A stretch of 64,000 nucleotides of DNA from the human T2T-CHM13v2.0 reference genome, Homo sapiens. Below the pieces are notes generated by a model, which did not search any database, had not been told where the DNA came from, and saw nothing but the letters and a program-made list of their open reading frames with translations. The stretch lies in NCBI RefSeq assembly GCF_009914755.1, contig NC_060925.1. One strand, given 5' to 3'. Below, in pieces: positions 12,245 to 27,925 of the stretch. The position numbers and the translations under genes are program-made. How positions within the stretch are numbered: the first letter of the stretch is position 1; the number at the start of each line of letters is the position of its first letter.

Positions 12245-12460
12245 AATGGGAAACATTTATTGAGCATTTAAATGTGTGCCAGATGCTGTTCTAGGTGCTC
12301 TATAACTATTAATTCATTGTGTTTTCACAACAATTCTGTGAGACAGGCACTATTATCCTTATTGTACAAAAAGGCATAGAGAAGCTGGGTCACTTGCCCA
12401 AGGTCACAGAAGTAAAAGTAGCAGAGCTGGAGTTTGAAACCAAGTCATCTAGTTGCAGAG
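12245..12460. mobile_element. MIR SINE
   Basis: MIR core ('cacttgcccaaggtcacag...gcagagctggagtttgaa'). Confidence 0.7.
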
Positions 12461-12551
12461 GACATATATCCTTCTCAAAAAATTAATACAGTAGCATCAT
12501 TTAAGAGGGGTTGTTAAGGAGATAAGAGCCCACTTAAAAAAATTCAGGGGG

Positions 12552-12860
<309 letters not shown>

Positions 12861-13600
12861 ATTCAGGGGAAAGAAACAAGTACCTGGATTAGGATGGTGA
12901 CAATGGTGATGGAAAGAAGCGATCTGAAGCCATGTGACCTGGCAACACAGGAGGGTGGCGTGGAGGGGTGCTGAGGAAAAAGAGGGATCAAAGAAGTCCT
13001 TAAGACAGCTTAGGTTGTGGTGAGCCTACTGGAGCTCTTAACTGAAATAAGGAAGGAGGGTGGAATAATTGGCTTTGGTGGGAAGATCAGGCATTCCATT
13101 TTGGCCAGATTGAATTTAAGAAATTTAAGGGATATTTACATCACTGTTAGATATCACATACATTTGAGGTTCTTAAATTTGGGAATTTTCCCAAAGAGAC
13201 TAATAAAGCTGTGAGAATGATGCGATTTCTGGGAAGATAGAGAAGGTCTCAAGGTCTGTATTTCACAAGTAGAACCAGGATGGGAGGAGCAAGGGAAGGT
13301 GGAAGTACGCAACAAAGAGGTGGACAAACACTGAAGGGGAAAGGAGAAAGGGAGAAGGACTGACTCCATCTCGTCAGCTCCACTTTGGGGAAGTATAGAA
13401 TGAGAGAGACTGCAAAGCCCCTAGAAGGATGTCTAGTAACCCGGGCTCTGTCTGGAGGACGTCCTACAGCGAGAAAGATTTTGACTATCACATCATAATG
13501 TGCATGTCTCTGAGGAGAAGAATATATTTATATTCATTATCACACAGGCCTTTGTACTGTGTAATTATTTGCTGAATGTTTAAATTAAATGCTGCTTTTC

Positions 13601-13741
13601 CAGCTGGGTGTGCTTGTAGTCCCAGCTACTCTTGAGGCTGAGGCGACAGGATTGCTTGAGGCCCGCAGTTGAACTGAAAAGCCAGCCTGCCAGCCTGAGC
13701 AACATAGTGAGACCCCATCTCTTAAAAAAAAAAAAAAAAAA
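13601..13741 (+). mobile_element. Alu monomer (FLAM-like)
   Basis: Single arm with poly(A). TSD AAATGCTGCTTTTC. Confidence 0.85.
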
Positions 13742-15127
13742 GAAAGAAATGCTGCTTTTCTGGCTAAATTATCACCTTAGAAGCGATTGTTTTTGAATCA
13801 GGAAGTAGACTCTTTAAATATTAGGCTGTGGATATTCTGGCCACAGCTGTGTTTTGCGCAGATGTTTCTTTAGTTATGAAAGGAGGACAGCATTCCATGA
13901 TTGAAATGTCAACCTTCTGAGATGCTGGTGGAGAAAATTTAATGAGGTGGCCTCATGAGGTAAGGCTATTAAAAGTGAACGTTTGAATTATCTGCTTGAT
14001 TTTTTAAAACAGAACTTATTACTATAAAGGCCTGGGCAGCTTTAATAAAATGAGGATGATAAGAAATCATCCTTTGTCCTTGGGTTATGATTTCACAGGT
14101 CAGAGTTAAAATCAAAGTATAGGCTAACACACTAGTGGTACAAAAATAGCTCCACAAAAAGGGAGCCTTTCAAAGAAGATTTATCTGCATTTGATTAAGC
14201 TACAAATAACACACCACTCCCTGGAAAGGCTTGTTCTTTGGTATTGGAATTGGGCCCCGTAATCCAAACAGGCGCTTACTTTTAATAACTTGGCTTACTT
14301 TTGTGTGGCTAAAAAGTTAGTGAAATGAAATATATTACTTGTTATGACATCTGTGTGCCCCTCCTAGTGGTGGTCATGGGTGTAGGGTTGGATGTTCATG
14401 GCATAGAAAGCCAGTTTGCTGGGAAGGATAGTGTATAGGGTCTTCATTTTCAGCCTGTCCATTGTCATTTCTTCTCTTTTTGAGTTGTGAAGAAAGGTAT
14501 TGAAAGTGCAGGAAAGAGCTCTTTAGGGAGAAACTCTAGGGACTGAATTTTAAGCAGTTTCTGAAGTGACTTGAAGAATTTCACCAAATGTTTTAGCATG
14601 TTAAGAATGAGCAGCCTCTAATGAGAACTAATTAGCTAAATGGAAGATTTAAATAATTTAAAACATTCAATTTTCATTTAAACTTAATTAAAGCAGCCTG
14701 ATATTAATGCATCCAGGAAGTTTTGGATAAGTAATTTATAGAAAAATGATTTCTTTTATCTTGTCTATAGCATAGTTTTGAGTCAAAATGTGAACATAGA
14801 ATATTTATGAGAGAAGCATGGAAAAACTACTCTTGCCTAGAAATATTTGTGGGAATGCATATTTAGGTTAGAGGTAGGTCAGGAGAAACCCTTTTGGTTT
14901 TTAAATTTTTATTTCAAATTAAATGTATAGCAAGTAGGATAATTTAATGGAAGGTTGAATGCCACTTAAGCATATACACACATACACATATATATGATCT
15001 GATAGAGCCTTACGGTCATCATTTAGAACCTCAATTCTCATTATAAATTGCTATGATATAGACAGAAGAGGAGATTTGGTTGAACCTCGAGACAAATTTC
15101 ATTGTGGGAATAATAATAAAGCCATAG

Positions 15128-15155
15128 CAACAACAACAGCAGCAGCAGCAGCAGC
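15128..15155. repeat. (CAA)3(CAG)6 trinucleotide tract at a MIR end
   Basis: Read directly. Intronic. Confidence 0.85.
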
Positions 15156-15380
15156 TAACATGTATAGCCCTGTGCCAGGCAGTGTTCTAAGTGGTTTACA
15201 CGCACACATTAACTCAATTAATCCTCAGAACAAGCCTAGGAGTTAGATGCTGTTATTATCACTACTTAACAAAGGAGGAAGTAGAGGTCCAGAGAGGGAA
15301 GTATATTGCCTAAGGTCACTGAGCTGGTAAGGCAGAGCAGGGATGCAAGCCAGAGGCAGTCCACCCTGGAGTCCAGGCAT
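15156..15380. mobile_element. MIR SINE
   Basis: MIR core ('ttgcctaaggtcac..agctggtaag..gcagagc'). Ends approximate. Confidence 0.7.
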
Positions 15381-15827
15381 TTCCCAGTTGGCCTGAGACT
15401 GATGCCAATGGGGAGGGTATGGGACAACTTTGCCCCTTCCTGACAGACTTGATCCCTCTAACTTGGGTGGTGATGGCTCTTGGGGGAAATGTGCCACTGA
15501 CAGTATATGCACAAACTATGACCAGCTCCTATCTGGGAATGTGTGGTGGTAATTTAAACATTTTTCTTTGTAATTTCACTTTTGGGGGGTATAATTTTGC
15601 CTTTTTTTTCCTATCAGTGCACTACCAAAAAGAAAGAGAGGAAAGAAATTGAGTTAATTGTAGGACACGTGAAAACGAAAGAAGCCCAGTTTTTATAAGC
15701 CTATGATAACTGCTTTTGTAGGCTGTCTGGTGAAATGTTCTGGCTGCTTACCTGGTGTAACTTAAGGTGATTTTTTTTTTTAAGGTATTCTCCAAAAAAA
15801 ACCCTCAGAAAACTGTTTACTTTCTAA

Positions 15828-16230
<403 letters not shown>

Positions 16231-16321
16231 CTTTTTCACCTTCTGTTTTGAACACATGACAGCCAGTGTTATGATGTAGTATATGTTAAGAGGAAGTAGA
16301 TATATCTGTGTACATTCATAG

Positions 16322-16626
<305 letters not shown>

Positions 16627-18790
16627 ACAGTTCTTAATTCTGTAATCCAGGGGAATCAAATTTACCTTCTAGATAATGATTTATTTAAATATCTGCTGTT
16701 TTGACCTCTTAGGCATTCGGTGTAGAGTTGATCTCTAATCTTCATAATGATAAATTATTACTCTGTTTTTTCAGTTTGCTTGAGATAAGGCTGTGAAAAC
16801 AAAAAATGTAGCCGAGGTGCTAAGGAGAGTTATCTTAACAGGGCTAGTCATAATCATGCAGCCTGAGAGAGAGCTCCAAGTGGGCTGCAGGAGATCCCAG
16901 TGGGGAGCTGTCAGCCTTCCAAGTTCTTTCTGTGCCAGGTCACCACAGGGCGGCTTCATTATTTTGTTTGAAGTAGATTCCTAAGACATCAGATGTTCTC
17001 ATTTGTAAGTTCATAAACACATTCCCAAGCCAGAAGTAAATGACTTTTACTTAGCCACAGCTCAATACCCCTTTGTGCTTAAAAAAAAAAAAACAACAAA
17101 AAACAAAAAACAAAAAAACTAAAAACTAAAACACAAGCCTCACAAAACTCTTGACACATTTTTATGGGAAGTGAAAAGCATAACTTAAAACTTTCATAAG
17201 TGGTTGAAAATTGCTATACAAGAAACTTAGTATTTAGATGGGATAGATTTTGATGCAGAACACTGTACTAATGCTTTGGAGATATGTATTTGTAAAGAAG
17301 GAAGTAGAAACACATGCAGTACAGGATAATACATGACCAAAGCTGCAAATGTATGTGTTAGGAGTTCAAGAAAGGAAGAGATTATTGCTACCCAGGGTGA
17401 TAAGCACTGAGCTAGTTTTTGAAGGGTGTATAATAGCAAAGAGTACATTTTATGATCTCTGTGAGGACCAGTACTACCTGTTTTTGCTCACCATTATGTC
17501 CCAACACCTAGCACTGTGCCTGGCATAGATATGGGGCTCAAGAAATTTTAGTTGAATGAATGAATGAGTGAGTAAGTGAATGAGGAAGAAAGGAAAGAAA
17601 AAGATTTCAGGCAGAGTCCTGAGAAAAGGCACAAGAGGTGTTTGGGAATAGCAAGATTCTGTTAGAGGAGGTGTAATAATATTTGAATGGAGAGGAGTCA
17701 CAGGTCACAGCAGCAGTCACTTAGTTGGGGACTGGATTGTGGAAAACTGTTTGGATGTCAGTAAATTGTGCTTGCTTGTAAATGGCAGAGAGTGACCAGG
17801 GCTCTACTTTAGGACGAGTGCTGCCATCGCTCGAAGGTGGGGTCAGTTAGGCTATGGAAGAATTGGATTAGGGTTGCAGCAGTGGGGAAAGAAAGGCCAG
17901 ATGGGGAGAGGCTGGAAAGAATTGGTTGACTGGATTTGGGACTGAGCAGATGCGGGTAGGGAGGAGGAAGCAAAGGTGAATTCAAAGTTTCTGGCTTGGG
18001 TGACTGGGAGAGAGGGACACCTTTAAGTAGGTGAGGTACGTAAATCAGAAGGAAACTGCCTTTTTGCTATTCTGTTTTGTTTTGAGGATTGGAGATAGGA
18101 AGTAAAAAGGGGGTCATTATAATGGAGTCTTTGTCTTTTGTGATCTTTAAGCGGAAAATAGACCGTGTCTGTCCTGGATATTTAAAATGTGGGGAGGTAA
18201 GTGGCACAACTGATCTCAAGTTCCTTTCTGGCTTTGTGATTTGAGCTGAATTTTTTATACTGAATTGTGAAATTCATTGTGTCTTAGAAATATTTTTTTT
18301 AATTTTTCAAAGAATATTGCTTTTCTACAATGAAGAAATTCAAACCTACAGTGCTATAAATTTTTAATTGGCATAATTTTGTATATGCAGTTTTAAATGC
18401 TGATTTTTTTAATCATACATGAGCATTGTAAACCAATGCCATTTTTCAAAATCACCATAAATGTCTCTATATTAATAATATTTCGGGGAAAGGATATACC
18501 ATACTGTATTGAACATTTTTCTCTCTTTGGTCATTTTGGTTGTTTCCTATGTCTTGTCATTTTAAGTTGTTCCAATTCACATTACTGAAGCAAAGTAGAG
18601 CTGTGAATAATTCTTTTTAAAGCTTTAGTTTCAATTTACTTAAAAAATATATTGGTTTGTTTTAATCAACGAAATACTTCCAGGAGCACCAAAGAATTTT
18701 ATGTGGATTGAGAGTCATCAAAAATATTGCTCTATTTATTAAAAATATGTAACATCCCCAGTTCTTGACAACTTGAAAATGAAGCAGCAT

Positions 18791-19415
18791 TGTTGCCTGG
18801 GGTAAATACCCGGGGTTCTTCATCTCATCGAAGATTAACAATAGGTACACGTGAGTGGGTTAAGGAGCAGAGACTTTAATAGGCAGAAGAAAGGACAGAG
18901 GAGAGAGTAGCTCTCCCTCTCTTGTGAGACAGAGGAGTCCAAAGGGAAAAGCGGGCCTGCAGCTGACCGCAACAGGTTTTATAGTCTGGCTTGAGGAAGC
19001 GGTGTCTGATTTACATAGGGCCCGCAGATTGGTTCAACCAGGTGTGACGTTTACGTAGTGGGTGGGGAAGGCTGATCACCCCACCCTAATCTTATTATGC
19101 AAATGGACTTTCCACTCGGCCAGTGCCGTCTTGTCTGCTCCTCACTGTACATGTGGCTGGCAAAAAGAGAAGATGGAGCTGCCATTTTGAACATGCCTAG
19201 TCCCAGGTAGTAGTATTCCTACTGGCACAACTGCCGACATTCACCTGTGCAAGTTTCCAGCTTGCTTGTTTACGTGTGCAGCTCTCTTTTACAGGCTGCT
19301 GTTTGTTAAAAGAGAAAATGATTTTAGGGCTGCTTTTCGTTAAAAGGAAACCCTTACCGAGGGCTCCCGAACCCTCAGTACCTGCCTAAGTAATTTCTTT
19401 TTAACTCGTATATCA
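18791..19415 (-). mobile_element. ERV1-class solo LTR (MER51-like)
   Basis: TG...CA termini, ~625 bp. Minus strand starts TGATATACGAGTTAAAAAGAAATTACTTAGGCAG, resembling MER51 as I recall it. Subfamily not verified. Confidence 0.7.
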
Positions 19416-19854
19416 AAAACATCTGGTAAATGATCACAATTATTTGTTGTTGACAGTGAATTCCTTTATAAGAAATAATTTGTGTAAACTATAAATTTGA
19501 ATAAGATATTTCCTTTATTGTTAATTTAATTTTTTGGTCTTAAATATTTTCACATCCTAGTGACAAATTGAAGAATTTGCCAGTTTAGACTTCTCTTTTT
19601 TTTTTTTTATAAAATTTAATTTTCTTTTGAGAACTGGAAAAGGTAGTTTATTTCAAATTTGGTCCCCATGATTGATGTACTTTAGTAATGCATTTATTCA
19701 GTTTTGTGTATCTGGATATGTGGCATTTCAGTGAGACAGCTTCTACAGAGAATTGGAAAATTACATTCTGAAATATCAAAGTTTTATAATTTGAATAATT
19801 TACGGAAACCTTTCTAAAATGAATATACATTTCTGCCTTCTTAAAGAATTTACT

Positions 19855-20118
19855 GGCCAGGCATAGTGGCTCACGCTTCTAATTCCACGCTTTGGGAGGC
19901 CAAGGTGGGCAGATTGCTCGAGCAACATGCTGAAACCCTGTCTCTACAAAAAATACAAAAATTAGCCAGGCATGTTCCACATGGCTGTAGTCCTAGCTAC
20001 TCTGGAGGCTGAGGTGGGAGGATCACTTGAGCTTAGGAGGTCGAGGCTTCAGTGAACCATGAGCATGCCACAGCACTCAGCCTAGGTGGCAGATCAAGAC
20101 CCTGTCACAAAAAAAAAA
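19855..20118 (+). mobile_element. Alu (J-like, internal deletion)
   Basis: Alu sequence with poly(A). Confidence 0.9.
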
Positions 20119-20181
20119 TTTATTGATCACAATTTACTTTTTTTCTGTCATACACAGACTTCATCATTATGGATGATCATC

Positions 20182-20491
<310 letters not shown>

Positions 20492-21917
20492 CTGTGATCC
20501 TCACCACAAATTTTAGAGTAATTATTTTCCTTTTGAGAGCCTCAGCCACTTTATGAAATCTGAGGGTTAGCCTTTTATGTATGGGGGAATCGCTCATCAT
20601 TCTGTTTTCTAACAAAGCTTTGCATATACTGTCTGTATAGCTCTCCTGCCTTCAGTACTAGCCATTGAATAATGGAGTTAATTTACACTGCTTGAGAATA
20701 TTTCTGTGGGAGTGAATTTTAATTTTCCCAGTGCATTCCTGAAGAAGTCTCCTTTTGTTTTCGTTAATCTGAGTCTCTAAGGGAGTTTTTATTAGCTGAC
20801 CTTCTCTAACGAGGGATGTTAGAATTACAGACCCTGATACTGGAAGGTTTCTTGATACCATCTGGTCTGTTGTTTGGCTTTAAGGCAAAGTGAAAGCACT
20901 CACTTATTTTACAGAAACAGCAGCTGACACCTGACCTGACCAGTATTTACCTCGGGTTAAGAAGGTAATAAGTGGAGAATGGTTCCTCACCCTCTGGTGT
21001 TGTAAACCTGAACTTTCTTAGAAATCTAGACAATGCATCAAGGGACAGGATTGATAGTTGATATTGGGGTTCTCTCCTTCCTTTATGATCTCAACAAATG
21101 TCAGACTTTTTGCAGACAAGTAAGTAATAAAGATGATAAGTTTCCTAATACATGTAGCTGCTTTGTAGTCTGTGGGTTTGCTTTCTGGCTGTGCAGAAAA
21201 CAGTGAATTTCATGGAAAAAGTTGTGTTCTTTTCCTTCCTCAAAGAGGAGACACTCTGAGGGAAATGTTTTCTGTACCCAGACCCAATGCACTGAGAGGA
21301 CAGACAGAACAGAGAACATCAAATAGGGCAAGTAGACCTTGAGAAACATTTGAACAGTTGAATGGGTTTGTCCAATAAGGATAACTAGAGTCATAGACTC
21401 TGTAGAGTCTATATAGCGGCTAGAACTGTGATATATGATATTACATAAGAGCTGGAAAGAACTTTAGGAGCCATCTAATTCAGTGGCTTCATTTGATAGA
21501 TGAGGACGTGGAGTCCCAGAGAGGCTACGACACCAGATTAGGGACACTGAGTGACCAAATTGGGACTGGAACCTTTTGGCACCCAGTGATCTTTAGTTCT
21601 GCATCAGACTGCTGTGTGTGTGGGAAGCTTGTTAGATGTGCAGCAACTCTTCCCCAAGAAGTTGGCATCAGTGTGACTGTGGGTGGTTATGCTAAAGGGC
21701 TTGAGCAAAAACTCAGACTAGTGCCCTCATCTGAGGTTGGTATTTGTTATGCAGTTAGGACCTTTTTAAAATGTGATCATTATGAGTTCAGCCATAATAA
21801 TCACGTCTCATACAGAAACTTTATCATCTGACTGGAGGGGTGCGGATAGTATTCTAGTGATAGGGAAACTGTTAGGTAATGTGTGGCCCAGAGGCATTGC
21901 TGATCAATTTCAACAAA

Positions 21918-21922
<5 letters not shown>

Positions 21923-21958
<36 letters not shown>
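21923..21958. repeat. (AC)18 microsatellite
   Basis: Read directly. Confidence 0.95.
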
Positions 21959-21960
<2 letters not shown>

Positions 21961-24169
21961 TCTCATTGTGTTTTGGAGGATACTGCTATTTTAGCATTTA
22001 TCACATTGTAATAATGTCTTTACCTGTCTTCTCAGTAGATAGTGAGCTCCTTGTGGGTAGGGACTGGTGACCAATAGGCTTTTAGTAACTATTTGAGTGA
22101 GCAAGTGAATGAAGAGACAAAAAACGTCAGCAGTGCTGGTAAAACATTGAAAGGTTGGCATGCCTTATAACGATCTTATAGAATTTATTCATCCTGTTTT
22201 TAAAGCAGTTAATTTTTTTTGTATTGCAAGTACTCTGTGATGAATATGCTAACTTGTAATGCCTTGCTCAGAATAGGTAGTCATAAATTTTGTTGAATGA
22301 ATGAGTACTTCTTGGAATGTAGCTTATCTTTTTGCTGAGGTGTTGGGAATTTTCACATGAAGCTTCTAATGTGTAGAATAAGGTATAACAATACTTCAAA
22401 CAATGATTCCTCTGGGAATTGACTCACTTAAATTATAGTTTATTAGAAAAACCGAAGACAAAATAATGGTACATCATAAACTTCATAAATCTGTGAGAAG
22501 AGCTGCACATGTTGAGTATGACAGCAAGGCTTTTAGGCCCAGCTTCTATGTCCCTTCAAATTTGTAGGACCTGCACCTGTGGGGTGGTGGGTGATCCTAC
22601 CCTTGTGAATGTTTGCTCTGATCCTTGGGCTCCTGTTTCTTTGTTCTCCTGGTAAGGAGATGAACCTCCTTCCTCCTCCACTTGCAGGACTCCAAATGCT
22701 CCAATTCTTTTAGTTTCTTTCCTGTCAAAACAGAAAAGGGTTTGATTTTAGCTATTTACACTTACTGAATAAAAAGATGGATGGACCGATTTTCCCTTAA
22801 TAGTTCATGAGTTTCATTGTAGGCATTGACCCATAATTTGCCAATCTTCTTAGAAGAAATCTGCAAATAGGTGGAGAGAATCATTCGTTCATTTGTTAAT
22901 TCATTTGGAGATGAACGCACGGGTACTCTGAAATAATAAAATGTCCGTGTTTTTCCCTGGCCACATGAGACCAAAAGACTACTCCCCTCTGCCAAGACAA
23001 AGTGGGGACCCGTGCTTGGCTGTGGCTCTGGAAGCCTTTTCCTAGGAAATGCCAGAGTGGAGAAGACTCTGTCCATTGTCATTAACTTCAAGTTTAGGAG
23101 TGCACTCAGCCCTCAGATTTCTGAATAGTCTCTGAAGTACTTATTTCTACCATCTCCTCCCTTTTCACTATCCCCAGGTTGATGACCTTCCATTTCTCCT
23201 CTTCCACCCTGCTTTTGTTCCAAGCTGCCCAAATAAATCTAGCACATTTGATTATTTTCATTGATTATCAATTAATTTTTATTTTGAATTTCCCTCTAGC
23301 TAATAGTATGTATTATAAGTATGTTTTCATTTTTCCCTCAACTCTGGTGAAGAAGGTTCTTACAAAGGAGCATGTTGTTGGAAGATGTCTTCTTTATTCA
23401 CAGTATTTCATTATACCAAAGTTGGTGATAACCCAGCATGGTGTGAACAACTATCAGCAATTTTTCAATGATCTTGACATTTAAAAATATATTTATTAAT
23501 AGTAAGCTAGAAAACTATATGTATAAGACTATATTATTTTAAATACATAAATAGTCTTACAAGTGTAAGTATTGTATCAAATGACCTTAAGATAAGATAG
23601 AGCTTGTTGGCTTTATATTTGTGACAATTCTGACTTTTGAAGACTTGTTCAAAATTGCTCTTGGTTGTGCAAAACTTTTGACTGAACTTTTTTAGTGTAA
23701 CTTGAAGCTCATCCGTCTTTTTGTGGGATATAAAGGCTGGCCCACTGAGCTTCAACATACTGTGGGGTGGGAAGTCCTCTGGGTTAGGATTGCTTATTTT
23801 TTTTCTACCTTTAACCTGAGGCTCTTGCCAAAAGAGAGGCATAACTTCTTCATTGTTGCTATCTTTGGATAGCAGCCTACTCTTAAAACAGCCTGTCTTT
23901 TTGAGAGACAGTGAAGGAGGGTGGGAACTAGATCCTCACCTATTTTTCCATTCTCTTATGTTCCAAGTCCCAACTGGCTTTTTGGAAATATGACCCTCTT
24001 GAACAAAACAGGATAAAAATTACCAGGGCCTATTCTCACTGTTGGGAAATAATTGGGCCTTTGTAGGGAAAGGATATTGTCTTCAAACATTTTATCTATA
24101 CTTCGTTTATGGTACTTGGTAATTTCTTTTATCTTTTATAGTTATTTTGATATGTCTTTTCATCTTGAT

Positions 24170-24332
24170 CAGTATTGTCCATCAGTGCAGAACATTGTTG
24201 AATTCTGTAGCCATTAGCTACGTGTGGCTTTTGAACACATTTGAAATAATTGAAGAATTTTTAATTTGTTTCACCTTAGTTAATTTAAATTTAAATAGCC
24301 ATGACTAGTGGCTACCATGTTGGAGAGTACAG
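24170..24332. mobile_element. MER3/MER33-like hAT fragment
   Basis: 'gtagccattagctacgtgtggc...aaatagcc..tagtggctaccatgttgga' motif. Confidence 0.6.
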
Positions 24333-25058
24333 ATCAACTTAAGGATAATGTTTGTATTTGATTTACTTTCTCCTGTGTTATTGTAGTATGCCAATTTTAT
24401 TTCCTGGTGTTTGGTGAAATAGGTTCATATGTGAACCATATTGCTTTCAAAAGTACATGTGGCTAAGCCAATCTGATTGTTAGAAATTGTACATCTTTGA
24501 ATTTGAGTTTGAAGTTGGATTGTAATGGTTAGTATGAAACTGGAATTTGATGACGAATTCTTTTTTAAAAAATTTCAACTTTTATTTTAGATTCAGGGGT
24601 ATATGTGCAGGTTTGTATACAAGCATATTTTGTGATGCTAAGGTTTGGGGTATAAATGATCCTGTCACCCAGGTAGTGAGCATAGTTCCCAATAGTTAGT
24701 TTTGCAACCCTTTACTCCCTTCTTCCCTCCCCACTTCAGTAGTCCTTCATGTCTATTGTTGCCATCTTTTTGTCCGTGAGTAGTCAATTGTGTAGTTCCC
24801 ACTTATAAATGAGAACATGCGGTATTTGGTTTTCTATTCCTGCATTAATTCTTTTAGGATAATAGCCTCCAGCTTCATCCATGTTGCTGCAAAGATAGAA
24901 CGATTTATTTTCTTTTGGATATATACCCAGTAATGGGATTGCTGGGTTGAATGGTAGTTCTGTTTTAAGTTTTTTTGAGAAATCTCCAAACTGCTTTTCA
25001 CAGTGGCTGGACTAATTTAGATTCCCGCCGCCAACAGTGTGAATCTGTTGTTTTTTGA

Positions 25059-25385
<327 letters not shown>

Positions 25386-25809
25386 TTGACTTTTTAATAG
25401 TAGCCATTCTGACTGGTGTGAGATGGTGTCTCATTATGGTTTTGATTGGTGTTTCTCTGATGATTAGTGATGTTGATCATTTTTCATATGTTAGGTGCTT
25501 GTGTTTCTTCTTTTGAGAAGTGTCTGTTCATGTCTTTTGCTCATTTTTTAATGGGGTTATTTTTCTCTTGTTCAACTGTTAAATTCCTATGGATTCTAGA
25601 TATTAGACCTTTGTCAGATACATAGTTTGCGAATATTTTTCCCCTTCTGTATGTTGTCTGTTTACTCTGTTGATAGTTTATTTTGCTGTTCAGAAGCTCT
25701 TTAGTTTAATTAGGTCCCACTTGTCAATGTTTGCTTTTTGAGGACTTAGTCATAAATTCTTTCCTGAGGCCGATATTTAGAATGGTGTTTCCTAGGTTTT
25801 CTTCTAAAA

Positions 25810-26402
<593 letters not shown>

Positions 26403-27925
26403 CTTCTGGGACATTTAGTTTGAGATCTTACATTTAAATCTTTAATCTATCTTGAGTTAATTTTTGTATACGGTGATAGATAGGAGACCAGTTTCATTCT
26501 TTTGCATTTGGCTAGCCAGCTATCCCAGCACCATTTATTGAATAGGAAGTCCTTTCCCTAGTGCTATTTCTGTTGATTTTGTTGAAGATCAGATGGCTGT
26601 AGGTGTACAGGTTTATTTCGGGGTTCTCTATAATGTTCCATTGTTCTATGTGTCTGTTTTTGTACCAGTACCATGCTGTTTTGGTTATTATAGCCTTAGA
26701 GTAGAGTTTTAATTTGGGTAATGTGATGCCTCTGGCTTTGTTCTTTTTGCTTATTGCTTTGACTATTTGGCCTTATTTTGGTTCCATATGAATTTTAGAA
26801 TAGTTTTTTTTCTAATTCTGTGAAAAATGATACTGGTAGTGTAATAGGAATAGTGTTGAAACTGTAGATTGCTTTGGGCAATATAGTGATTTTATCCATA
26901 TTGTTTCTTCCAATCCATGAGCATGTAATGTTTTTTCATTTGTGTTGTCTGTAATTTCTTTTAGCAGTGTTTTGTAGTTCTCCTTGTAGAGATCTTTCAT
27001 GTTGGTTAGATGTATTCCTAGGTATTTTAGTTCTTTTGAGGCTATTGTAACTGGGATTACATTTTTGATTTGGCTCTTAGCTTGAATATTATTGGTGTAT
27101 GGAAATGCTACTGATTTTTGTACATGAATTTTGTATCCTGAAACCTTATTGAAGTTGTTTATCAGTTCCAGGAGCCTTTTGGCAGAGTCATTAGGATTTT
27201 CTAGGTATATCATTATATCGTCAGTGGAAAGAGATAGTTTGACTTATTTTCCTATTTGAGTGCCTTTTATTTTTTCTTTGGTTGCTTGCTCTGGCTAGGA
27301 CTTCTAGTACTGTGTTAAATAGGAGTGGTAAGAGTGGGCATCCTTGTCTTGTTTCAACTCCTAAAGGGAATGCTTCCAGCTTTTGTTCATTCAGTATGAT
27401 GTTGGTTGTGGGTTTGTCATAGATGGCTCTTATTATTTTGGGGTATGTTCCTTTGATGCCCAGTTTGTTAAGGATTTTTACCATGAACGGATGTTGGATT
27501 TTATCAGAAGCTTTTTTTGTGTCTTTGAGATGATCACATTTTAAAAAAATGTTTAATTTTGTTAATGTGGTGTGTCACATTTATTGGTTTGCATATGCTG
27601 ACCCAACCTTGCATTCCAGGAATGAAGCCTACTTCATCGTGATGCATAAACTTTTTGAGGTGCTGCTGGATTTGGTTTTTGGAGGATTTTTATGGATAAC
27701 TTGAATTATTTTTGCTTTCCCAAAATTTATTCAAAGTGAGTTTAAAAAGCTGAAATAACCATAGCTAAAACTTCAAATTCTACCAGTGTCAATATTCATA
27801 TACAAGTAGAAAAAAAACAAGTTATATTAGTCAAAAGTGTTGCTTCCATTAACCCAAGGATAAGAAAATCTCTTATTTAGAAAAAAGGTTACCTTAATCA
27901 ATACTGGTAGATGCATATTTATACA

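Noticed and set aside
15128-15155. PolyQ-like CAA/CAG tract
   Set aside because: Short, intronic, attached to a MIR end, with no exon context.
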